Shown here: one piece after another, positions 35,680 to 47,000 of the stretch
How the letters are laid out: each line of letters opens with the position of its first letter
Numbering within the stretch: the stretch's first letter is position 1
Source of the DNA: an uncultured Bacteroidales bacterium
GTDB lineage: Bacteria; Bacteroidota; Bacteroidia; Bacteroidales; Paludibacteraceae
DNA: 64,000 nucleotides
Assembly: GCA_937910305.1 (NCBI GenBank)
Contig: CALEPS010000188.1
Coordinates: 1,095-65,094, forward strand
Direction of reading: 5' to 3'
Translations under genes and position numbers: made by a program
The notes under the pieces: generated by a model
Database searches by the model: none
The model's input: the letters and a program-made list of their open reading frames with translations, nothing else
What the model was told of the DNA's origin: nothing

Positions 35680-37737
35680 GTGACCTATAACCTGGAAGAT
35701 ATTATCCGAGAAAACCTCCGGCGGTTGGAGGTTATTCATACTCCGTACGACCCGCAAGTTGGTACGGAGTATTCCGATATTATCAAACGCACCAAGATAG
35801 AGATACCCGATGCACCACTGCCGGTGCAATATATACCGGTGGAGATGGAGAGCGAATCTATTGTACAGGTGCTCCGGCAGGAAGGCTCTCTCAAGAAAGC
35901 AGCCAAAGCTATTATTGGCAAGGACTCACAACGGGCTATTCTCCGCACATGGCGGTATTTTATCAAAACTCGATGCAGGTACGACTTTGAGTATTGGGGC
36001 TGCACACAAATCAAAATCAAACTAAAAGGCAAGTCTGAACGAAACTATCTCGTTCTTAACCGCGCGCAGCGGTATTACCTCACGTTCTTGGAAAGGCTGC
36101 GCAAAACAGGACAGCCTATCTTCATCGTACTGCTCAAAGCACGTCAGTGGGGAGGCTCTACCCTCACCCAGTTCTATATGATGTGGATCCAGAAGATGCA
36201 CAAGACCCATTGGAACTCCGTCATCGTCGGCGACATCGAGAAGCAGTCCAAAGTCGTGCTCTCCATGTACGAAAAAGCCTGCGAGGACTACGACACGTTC
36301 ATTGACGAAGGTGTGCCTACCGCACTCAAACCGTTCGGCCGCACTAACGACATCCGCGTCTTGGAGGGCCGCGAGTGTACTATCTCCGTCGGTTCTATGC
36401 AGAAACCGGACAAAATACGTTCCGAGGATATTTCCATGGCGCACTTCACGGAGTTCGGGCTTTGGAAGACTACTGACAGTAAGTCGCCGGACGATGTGAA
36501 ACAGTCTATCGACGGTACAATCCTCGACGATGAGTTCTCATTGTGGGTCATTGAGTCCACCGCCAAAGGTGTCGGCAACCCGTTCCATGAGACCTTCACC
36601 GGAGCAGAGAAGGGCGAGAACAAATACACCCCGGTCTTCGTACCTTGGCTCATGATTGATATGTACAGCCGCTCCATCACTAAAGACCCGTCCAAACGTG
36701 CTACCAAGAGTGACCCGGAAGCCTATCCGCATTTCATCGCATCCATGTCCGAATACGAATGGTTCTTATGGAATGAGGGTGCAACACTGGAGGCTGTCAA
36801 CTGGTATCGCATCAAGTCGCGCGGTGTAGACGAGTGGCGTATGAAATCCGAATACCCAACTACGGCTATCGAAGCTTTCCAGTCCACCGGACGGGCGATG
36901 TTCAAGGACGAGTATCTGACCGAACTGTACAAGATGTGCCGCAAACCGGCGAAAGTCGGCGAGATAGTCAGCAGTAGCAACGGCTTTGACAAGAAGGAGT
37001 TCCTGCAGCACTTGCGCTTCGAGCCGGAAGACCGTGGGCACCTCAAAATGTGGTCGGATGTAGATAAGTCCGTAGAGATGCAGGAGCGTTACCTTGTCAC
37101 CGTCGATCTCGGAAAGGGAGACAGCAACGATGCGGATAATACCGTTGTCTGCGTCTTCGACCGCTATTGGCAGCAAGAGGGCGAGGACGGCTACCCGGAG
37201 GTGGTGGCCGAATGGGCAGGGAAAGAGAGCGAGACAGACTTGCTGGCATGGAAGATAGCGCAGATTGCTTCCTATTACAACAATGCCCTGCTCGTTATTG
37301 AGTCTAACACTATCGACTCCAGCAAGGAAGACCGCTTCCGCGCTATCCTCGATGAGATAAAGGACTACTACCCAAACCTCTACAAACGTGCTATCAAGAA
37401 TCAGAACGACGTGGGCAACACCGGCTCGTTCCGTTACGGCTGGTCCACTAACCACCGCAGCAAGGAAGAGATCATAGCCAACCTACAGTGGGCACTCCGA
37501 GATGGCATGTATATCGAGCGTAACACCGAGGCGGTAGATGAGATGAAGATCTTTGAGCGCCATGAGGACGGTTCGCTCGGTAACGTCAAGGGCAAACATA
37601 ACCACGATGACCGCGTTATCACCCGCGCTATCGGCATCCATTTCTGCTATACAAACAAAATGGGAACACCGCGTGTGGTGTCCCCATCCGAATCGCATAT
37701 TGTGCGGCGTAAGGTGGTCAACGAAAACACTATGTAG
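35680..37737 (+). CDS. terminase large subunit
   Basis: A 685-aa protein. The N-terminal ATPase-like region reads ARQWGGSTLTQFYMMW ... VIESTAKG. The C-terminal nuclease-like region includes VTVDLGKGDSND and GKHNHDDRVITRAIG. Confidence 0.65.
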   Translation: MTYNLEDIIRENLRRLEVIHTPYDPQVGTEYSDIIKRTKIEIPDAPLPVQYIPVEMESESIVQVLRQEGSLKKAAKAIIGKDSQRAILRTWRYFIKTRCRYDFEYWGCTQIKIKLKGKSERNYLVLNRAQRYYLTFLERLRKTGQPIFIVLLKARQWGGSTLTQFYMMWIQKMHKTHWNSVIVGDIEKQSKVVLSMYEKACEDYDTFIDEGVPTALKPFGRTNDIRVLEGRECTISVGSMQKPDKIRSEDISMAHFTEFGLWKTTDSKSPDDVKQSIDGTILDDEFSLWVIESTAKGVGNPFHETFTGAEKGENKYTPVFVPWLMIDMYSRSITKDPSKRATKSDPEAYPHFIASMSEYEWFLWNEGATLEAVNWYRIKSRGVDEWRMKSEYPTTAIEAFQSTGRAMFKDEYLTELYKMCRKPAKVGEIVSSSNGFDKKEFLQHLRFEPEDRGHLKMWSDVDKSVEMQERYLVTVDLGKGDSNDADNTVVCVFDRYWQQEGEDGYPEVVAEWAGKESETDLLAWKIAQIASYYNNALLVIESNTIDSSKEDRFRAILDEIKDYYPNLYKRAIKNQNDVGNTGSFRYGWSTNHRSKEEIIANLQWALRDGMYIERNTEAVDEMKIFERHEDGSLGNVKGKHNHDDRVITRAIGIHFCYTNKMGTPRVVSPSESHIVRRKVVNENTM

Positions 37738-38038
37738 TCTTTCCGTTCTTATCGTCCTCTTCCTCTTTTACACCTTCCGCATTGGCTTCCTGAATACGCA
37801 TATCCACCCGGAGTGCTTTCTTGCACAGTAACTCCATCGTCACATCGCTTTCGCTCTGCGTGTTCTCGTCTTTGATGAGCGGTATGGTCTTGGTGACATA
37901 GCCGGCAAGGTCTTGGAAGGACACATCGCCTTTCTTGATGCGTTTCTTCATCTCGTCAAGCGCCATGCCTACCAATTCTTTCTGCTTCTCTAAAAAAGCC
38001 TGCGGACTATATTTCTCTGCCTTGCTTGGTCTGCCCAT
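37730..38038 (-). CDS. hypothetical protein (GRPSK N-terminus, possible HTH)
   Basis: A 102-aa ORF directly downstream of the giant gene. It is convergent with the terminase gene and overlaps it by 8 nt. Confidence 0.4.
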   Translation of the reverse strand: MGRPSKAEKYSPQAFLEKQKELVGMALDEMKKRIKKGDVSFQDLAGYVTKTIPLIKDENTQSESDVTMELLCKKALRVDMRIQEANAEGVKEEEDDKNGKTT

Positions 38039-38040
38039 AC

Positions 38041-41000
38041 TTATTCCTCCTCCGGGTTATGCAACGCATCACGCTCGTTCAGCAGACGGTTGAAACGCTC
38101 CACGGCTTTCTCCTCTGCTTTCTCGGTGCTCTCCTCACCACGCATCCACCATGTCAGCGGTGCGGTATGCACTTTCTGATAACGGATATAATCCGCCAAC
38201 GCAGCATCATACTTTCTCTCGTCAGCTACCACGCGGTCAATCAGTTGTTGCTCGTACTGGCTCTGAGGAATACTCAGTAAGGCCTGCGAGATACGCAATG
38301 CCTGTTCCGCCGCGCTCAGTTCCTCCTCGCTGTCAATGGTAGTTACTATGCGTTGGATTACGTCTCCTGCCGTCTGCGGGTCAAAGCCGGTGCCGGACTG
38401 CATAGCCACCGACAGGGCTTGGTTGGCAAACTCGGCATATTTGTCGTTATCAAGATACTTACCTACACGTTTCACATCCTGCGTAAAAGGCAACTCGGGA
38501 GCGAACATGTCTGCTACGCTGCCATTACCATCCAACGCGCTCTCTATTACTCCGCCGCCCATCAGGCCCGTGAACGGACTGAACCATGCGCCGCCGGAAG
38601 TAGTATCGTCTATCAACTGCTTCTTCTTGTCGTCATCGTCGCCTAAGAGCAGATACGGCACCTGACCAACCAGCCGCCATAATAGATTAAGGAGTGCGCC
38701 ATAGACCACGAATCCGGCTATGTCGGAGCGGATGGACTTATTATAGTCCTTCTCCGCTGCCTTGCGTGCCTGCTCGTCCTTCAGTCCGTCGTTCTTGTAC
38801 TGACCCATACGGAAGGCTATCTGCTCTTCCTTGCTTCCTTTGCCGAACTTACGCAGCAGGTTACGGGTGTGGAATATGAAGTTTCTGGTGTACTGAATAG
38901 GAGAAGTGCGGAATACTGTAAGCGCTGCAGTATAGACGTTTCTATCCATCTGCACAGGAGACATGAACGCTCCCTCACTCGACTGCTGGCTGGTGTTAAA
39001 CGCCTGCTCGGAATCCTGACGGGCACGCTGCTCCGCCTGCTCTTGTGGATAACCTTTCTTCAGATACTCCGCCAAGCGGCTGTCATAAACCGCCCTCGCA
39101 CCGGTGGCGCAAGTCAGCGTATCGAAATACACATTGGCGGCCATTCCATATTTCTGACTCCACTCCAGCACGCGCTTGTTCCATTGCCAGTCGGTCGTGC
39201 GCTGCATCAACCGCATATCGCCCATATCCCTCTTGCTGACACGTTTCTCGAAGTTAGGCAGGTTCTCTCTTGCCCACTTCATCGTGCCGTGAGGGGTCAT
39301 CCAGTTACGCAGATACGAACCTACAAACACACCATCGGTCATATACGTGAAGAACGCAGGGAAGGAAGCAATCTGCTTCAATGCCGTCCATATACGGAAG
39401 TTAATCTTCGCGCTCGTCACTCCCTTAGCTATATTCAGAGTAATCTCAGATGGCTGATCCGTCTTAGGCTTATACGTACCTATCGCTACGCGGAAAGCGT
39501 CCTTCATATAGTTATAGAGTTGGTCGCCACTACCATAGATAGTGCCGTTCATCCCCTTGATGCGGTTGCGGAAATTGATGTCCGAGAACAGGATATTAGC
39601 GTCCCGGTTCCATTGGGCAAACGCGTTCCAACGCTCCATCTGTGCGATATGACGGATAACCTCTTGGAAGAAATCAGCATTCCTTACATCCAACGGCAGG
39701 CTGTTCTTGGTACGACGTTTGATAGCGCCGGTGCTTGTGCCTGCCAACAGACGCGCTGCATCCGTATCGGGTTCGCTCAAATCCTCGTTCTGCTGACGCG
39801 CAGCGGCATTGATGCGCAGCGGGAAGTAGTTCTCTATCGCGTCCATCGGAGCACCAAACAACGCCTCATGCGTCGGATTATAGCGGTTACGCAGCTGCGA
39901 GAAGAACTCTCGCTGTACCCAGTCCACTACATCCAGTATCTCCTGACCGAACTGCTCACGCACCTTATCCGTCAATGCTTTCACATCGTCCTCGGTGATA
40001 TTCATGCCGGCTAACTTCATACGGCCGTCATTCATCTTGTTTACCGCATAGATATAGAGCGCATTGCCAGCACTCAGCGGGATATCCTCCATTACCGGCA
40101 TATCCTTACCGTCCACACCGTTGAGCATGGTCACGGTGAACATATTATGGCTGGCATCGTTAATCTTACGCGCTGCCTCTTCCCATGTCTTGTACTTGCC
40201 GTGTGTCAGTTCGGATATCTTCTCGTCCAGCGTCTTCGATGCCGCTACAATGCCGGTGTACTCTTGGTCGGCTGCGTCCATCCAACCGCGCATGAAGTGG
40301 TTATACAGATAACCCTCGCCGTCCGGGGCGTGCAGACCCGTCAGCCGCAGCAACGACTGCAGGTCGCGTATCGGGGAAGCAATAGCATCCCACATCTGAC
40401 GCGCTATAGCACCTCTGGTGCGGTTGCGGTTCGGATTGGTTGCCAGCCCCTCCAAGTCACGCTGTGCATAACTGCGTATCTTGTCGCGGTTAGCGCCCTG
40501 ACGGCGGATGAAGTCCTTGGCGCGAACTTCCTGAGTCGATACATACTCTTGCAGGTCACGGGTGGACTGCATGTAAGCATCGGCTTGGTCAAGATCGTTA
40601 TCACGCATGGCTTGTTTGATACTTTCTACAAGTTGCTTGCGTGCAGCAGGCTTAAGAGCCATATTGCCTTGCGCTTTCTTTAACTCCAAATCCAACTGCT
40701 TGCGCTCTTCCTGGATGTGCTGAATGCGCTCCAAATATTGAGCGGCTATCTCATAACCTATCCACTGACCTTTATACTGCAACTTCTGGCTCTCGTCCGT
40801 AGCATTATCCTCCATCTGCATCAGTTGGTCAATCAAACCATCTACCTCCTTATTCGGGTCGGTATGGTCGCCACGAAGCGTTAAGAGTGTTATGCCATTC
40901 TCCGGGTCGAGTACTTCATTGAGAGCTTTGAGGGCGTGCTGTCCTTCCAACGCCACCTTACCCTGCATTACTACGCCGCTGATGTTTATCTTGTCAATCG

Positions 41001-44000
41001 GTGTCTGACGCAGTTTGTCCCACTGACGCTGTGCGGCTTTGGCTTGGGCATCCACCATGTGGTCCATGATCGTATTCACCTCGGTGCTAATATCCTTCTT
41101 GCCTATCGCATGTACTATCTGCGTAGCGATACGGCGTGTCGTGTCCGGCATGTACTGTGCCCAAACGCCGTTCTCTTGGAGCAGCGTGTTGTAGAGGTTG
41201 AGAAGCGCATCGACCACCTTACGGTCATAGTCGGACTGCATCCGCATCGCCGCACGAATACCTTTGAGGTCGGCGGTCACTTTCTTGAGTGCGGACTGCA
41301 TGATGTTGTAGTTATTGTTCGCCTGCTGTACCAGCGCCTTGGTCACCGTCTCGCTCCGGCTCAATGTCGAAGGATTATTCACCGAGAAGCGGATGTCGTT
41401 ATTATCCTTACTGAACTCACCGCTATTGTTCGTCGCACTCTTGATTTGGTTCGGGGAGAATACCACGTACTCATTATATCCGTTACCCTTGCCTACTATC
41501 ACACCATCATTTCCGTTCTCTCGTAAAGCGTTGGTGAACTCTTGGCTACCAATCATTGTGCTGATTAAATAGTTGAGACTACCAGGGATTAGGAATGATT
41601 TGTCTGCAATAGCATCGTCTCTTACTTTGCGGCGTGCGGAGTCAGGACGATAGAAGGACGATATGCGTTCAATCTCTGCATCGTGCTTTCCTTCTTCCAT
41701 CTCGGCATTAACAGCATTGACAATATCATTATATTCGCCTACTGTTATATTCTTTCCGTTCTCGTTAAGGACAATCTTCCGCAAAGCCGGAGTATTGAAG
41801 TGCTCAACAATAAACGCTGATATGTCGTCCGGCATGTAGTCTTCCATCACAAACGGTTTACGCATGTTCAGATATACTTGCATGTGGCTCTTTCCGTAGA
41901 TGTCGGTATTGCCACGGTCTCCGAAATAGAACCCTGCACCAAATATGCCTCTATCTCCAGAGTTCTCTCCTAATCTATTTATATCAAACGTAGTAAACTC
42001 GTTAGGCGTGGAGTGTTCTACCACCAACGGCTTGCCATCTGCATCTACAACCTTGCTTGCGTGCTCGGGGTCGTTCTGCCAATCGCCGAACCATGCCTTG
42101 AACTTATCGGTAGTCGTTTGGTCGTCCTCGTTAGCGATACCATTTTTATCGTTCTCACCACCCGTCACGCTGAACCGGATATGGTCGCCGAGTTCCGTTC
42201 CATTGAGCATATCCCACAGTATGCGGTCGGCAACTTGCTTGGCGGAATCGAAATGCTTGATGCCGAACAGGTTCACACCTACCCAATGCCAGAAGTCCGC
42301 AAGGGCTTTCTTGGCGCGGTTGATGAGTTGGCGCACCTTGGCACCACGCAGCACAGAACCGGACTGCTCCGCCTCGTACTGCTCCTCTTTCGCCCACTCT
42401 TCCATACGTGCTGCACCGCGTTGTCCACTGTAGCGTGCCAGCGCCTCGGAACAGATAGCGTCGTCGGTAGTCAGTCCCTGGTAGTTCGGGTCGTTCACCA
42501 CCTCGTCCCAGAACGGCATGCCTTTGAAGATGTCCACGATAGACTGCCAGCCCTCGCGGTTGTTGCGCATCATCGCCTTTGCCCAGATATGGCTGTACTC
42601 ATGTATCGGTGAATTAGGGTTCAGTCCGTCCTTGGTCAGATAGATTCTGTCCCCTATCGCCCAACCATACAGCGTTCCATCGGGAGTGAGCATGGCTTCA
42701 CGGGTTCTGCCGGACGGAATGATATTACCGTTAGCGTCACGATAGATACGTCTGCCGTGGTATTGATCCTCAACAACCTTATCGGATGTATAGATAGCAT
42801 TATTGGTCATGTCCGGCACAAGTTTACCCTTATACTCGGAAATATCCGTTCCAATTGGTAATTGCGACAGCTCTGCACGTGTTTTGTCGGCTACCTCATA
42901 ATTACCTGCGGCAAGTTCCGCCTTACTGATAGAGCGAACCGGCACATACGAATTACCTTGCCACTCGCCCTCTGCCAATCCGAGGCGTTCCAATATCTGT
43001 CCGTTCTCTGCTGCGAAGCCGGGCAAATCAACACCCCAACGGGCATTGTTGCTCATGTGGTTGCTAAACCGAACCTTAACGGATGCGCCGTTGTTCTTAT
43101 TGGTATAGGTCACATAGACGCTTTCGGTGGTGCTTGCCTTGCTTACTCTTGCTTCTATCTGCGGATAGTCCGGGAACTGCCGCACTTCATACGGCATGTG
43201 CCATGTTCCATCACCTATTTGGAAACCATCACGGTCACGGCGTGTTTCTTTCTCCGAACCGTCTTCGGGCATTTGTTCATCGGTAGCGAGGAATACATCA
43301 AGGTCGGTATTGTCGTTCAGTACCTCAACGAGTGCGGCGGTAGCGAGTTGCTGCGCCTCGGTCTGGTTGGCAAACTGCGGATAGTCGAGGTTGGTGATCT
43401 GCGCCTCCGGCGTGGTCTCTTCCTCGTCGTCCTGCTCGTTGAGTGTCACGGCACGGCCGGAAGACATATTCGCGTACTTGGCTTCTTTCTCCGCCACACG
43501 GGCTATATACTGACTGCGGGTCTCGTTAGGCTTGGGAGCTATGGTATTATTCGGGAATCTGTTAGGGAAGATTTCACTTAAAGGTTGCTCCCACTTGCCT
43601 ACAAATCCTCTAATAATAGTATTTCCGTTAATGCCTATTTCTCCTGCTAAATCAGATAGTGTTTCGAAACCTTGTTCGAAATTCTTTTGTCCTATAGATG
43701 GAGCAAAATGAATTATACCATTTTTATATGCGCCTCTTTTTGAATATCCAATCCAACCTCTTGCAAAATCATCAAACGGCTCTTCTACACCCGATTTGGC
43801 CAGTTCTTCCGCATGTGACTCGTATTCAATGCTTGCTCTTTCTTTGCCTAAGACCAATGTGCCTGTTTTTGGATTATACATAAACCTTCTGTTATATATT
43901 GTGGAAAGGTCTATGTTTTCTTTGTTCAAGTTTATCGTTTGAACACCATCAATCGCATTAACAGTCGGCTTACGACCACTAATAGAGAACATCGGTTGCC

Positions 44001-47000
44001 CCTCCAGCACGCTTTCTCGCATCTCCGGCGTGATGTCGATAGCGTGCATGGTCTGATAACCGTCCTCCAACTGCGGCATCGTCACCTCGCCAACCTGCAC
44101 ACCCCATTTCTTGCCGTACTTCTGCATGAACCGTGGCAGTATGTCATCATAGAAGCCTTTCATACCGTCATAACCAACACGCAGACCATCGCCTTGGAAG
44201 GTCTCATCCACAGGCATCTCCTTTAGGCGTTTTGCTAAATCCTTGCCAAAGATGTCTGACATAGACTTGCCGTTATACTCACGATCATACTCGTCAGCAT
44301 ACATGCCGTTCTCGTCAAACTCCAGCGTCATCATTAGCCCGCTTGTCGGATAAACCTCGTAGGTGTTTTCGTCAGTCTTGACGATATGGTCAATCTCCTT
44401 GCCGATGTCGTAACGCTTGGCTTGTTGCTCGCCGGTAGTCCATGCTACTTTGTCGTAACCGTTCTCCGCAGCAAAGCGCAAAATACGCTTCATCGCCAAC
44501 TCATGCCAGTTTTTCTCAAACGGTGCAGCAGGAATAGCGCTTACGGGTATATTCTTCTTGAACTCTTCCCATCTGTCGTACAAATTCTCGTACTTTTCTT
44601 GTAACTCCGTATGCTTAGATTTCTCTTCGGGGGTTAAAACATCAAGCATTTCACCTCTCGTCCGTACTTGATTTTCGTACTTCTTCCATAACTGATCTCT
44701 ATAGTCATGGTACTCCAGTTGTGCCTTTGACGTTTCCTTTTCTAATTGACGATACTTGATAGCTGTCTCACTATCCACATACCCCCTCTCTCTACCCTCT
44801 TGATGCCGTTTGGACTGAATCTCGTCGATAACCAGCACATCCGCCAACTCCTCGCCGTTCTCGCCATACTTAATCTTATGAGCGTCTCCGAAACGAACCC
44901 AAGCAATAGCCTTTCCTGGTCCTGCATCGCCGAAGTGAATCTCATCATTCTCGTTCCATTCCTCAATATCAGGAACTATAAGAGCTATTTCACGCTTATT
45001 CTCCAAGCCCCAAGTGGTATAACGCAAGCGGGTCTCGTTGATGTTTCTCGGGCGACCTTCCGAATCAGCTTCCCATTGAGCATAGTCGCTGTCATTGTCG
45101 CGCATCAACTCATCGCCAACCGCATAATAGCCCATTGAGAAATCATCGCCGTATTCCTCAATCATTCTGTCCCATGCTACCTCGTTCGGATCTTCCTCGC
45201 CTGCCTCAACTGCCTCGTCATAGTACCGCTTGAACTCGTCCTTGCGTTCGAGGAATAAGGCATCTTCCTCATACTCCCCATATTCCTGTTCCTCAATCTG
45301 GATCTTGTGCTCACGGATATAATCAAGAATATCCTGCTTGGAGATAGTGAACTTCTTGCTTGCTTCGCCAAGGCGTACTACAAACTGACTGCGGGTCTCG
45401 TTGGGTTGCAACTCCACGGTCGGACGCTGCTGTGCCAACCAATCGCTCAGACCGATCCATTTGTCCTCACCGGCTTTCAGTCCGCCCGCTTTCTCTATCA
45501 TCGCACGCCATTGTTCCGGCGTAGCCTTCTCCTGCTTGATACCCTCCACCGCACGCTCTGCGTTGCTATAGAAGATGTCATTGTTCTGATTGCTGATAGA
45601 GAAACGGATGTCATCATTCTCCTCGCTGAACGAACCGTCATTGTCGGTAGCCGACTTGATTTGGTTGGGAGAGAAAGCAACGTACTCACCATTTAGATCA
45701 CCGTCAAAATATACTCCGTCATATCCATCGTCGATAAGTTGCTGCGTAAAACGTGCGCTTTCCTCTCTATCTTCCAACTCCGATAGTCGTTCCATATCTT
45801 CATTTGTAGCAAAATATGGCTCACGGATATTAAGGAATGTATTTAGAACACGACCTCCTTGTGCATAGCCTGCTGCGTAGTCATCATTCTTTGTGAAGAA
45901 ATAAAACCCTCTTCCAAGCCATCCGGCATCGTGTTGCTGTTGTCTATTCTCGTCAAAAATAGTAAACGAGTATGGAGTTCCATGCTTTGCCACCATCGGC
46001 TCGCCGTTCTCATCCAAGACCTTGCTGGCGTTCTCCGGGTCATTTTCCCAATCGCCGAACCAACGCTTGAACGAACGCAGACGTACTTGCAGCCATTGAC
46101 GCTCATTGAGGTTGGAACGCTTGCCGTTGGGGGCTTTCATAAACGTACCATCAGCCAATGCTGCGTCCTTTATCTGCTGCATCTCCTCACGTGCCGCCTT
46201 GGTCAGCGTGCGGTCAGTATCAAGCCCACCGCTTACGGAGAAGCGTATGCCCTCGTCATCGGTGGCTTGTAGTGTAGCTGCACGACGCGCACCCTCTTCT
46301 TTCGGGTCGTACTCGAACAGCGTCAGACCGGCTTTCTCCAGTCCGTCACGCAACTCCGTCGGCAGATCGTTCGGCACAACGGCATTACGGAACTCATCCA
46401 AATACACCGGACGACGGAACTTCGTCTCGAAATAACGGCTCGGTAAGTTGGCAATACGATCTTTCATTTCTGCGATGCGTCCTGCCCACTCATTGTCTGC
46501 CTGTATCTGATAACGATACTCGCGGTTGAGGTACGCTATCGGGTCGGCTTTCATCATCGCCTCCTGAATACGCATCAACGCATTATCCACGGCGATAAAC
46601 GGATTATCGTCCAGACCGTAAGCGTGTCCGTCCTTTTGTGTATAGTCACGGAAATCAATACCGAGGCTCGTCCAATCGTGTCCTACCTCCTCGTATGCCG
46701 TCTTGATCTTCTCTTCTTCGGGTTCAAGGATGTCCTTATGCTTGCGGATTTGGTTCAGCGTACGGAACTTAGGCATCAGCATAGATTTGGTCTCACTTAC
46801 TCCTGCACCTTCACGCCAGTTGGTGTCGCCCTCTTTATTCATCAGGCGGCTTGCATTCTCAATCGTGTTAGGAAGATAGCGGCGGTCGCCATCTCTCGTC
46901 CATCCTGCAAAGATAACCTCGTTATAGCCGAGTTTGTCTATTTCTTTCTGCAGCCACGCCTCGAATGCCGGACGCATACCCTCGGTGTCGATGATAGTCT

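Noticed and set aside
34093-38040. The oppositely oriented terminase block as an invertible (shufflon-like) segment
   Set aside because: I found no matching inverted repeats at its two borders. The left border is a normal divergent promoter region. The right border is a convergent 8-nt gene overlap.
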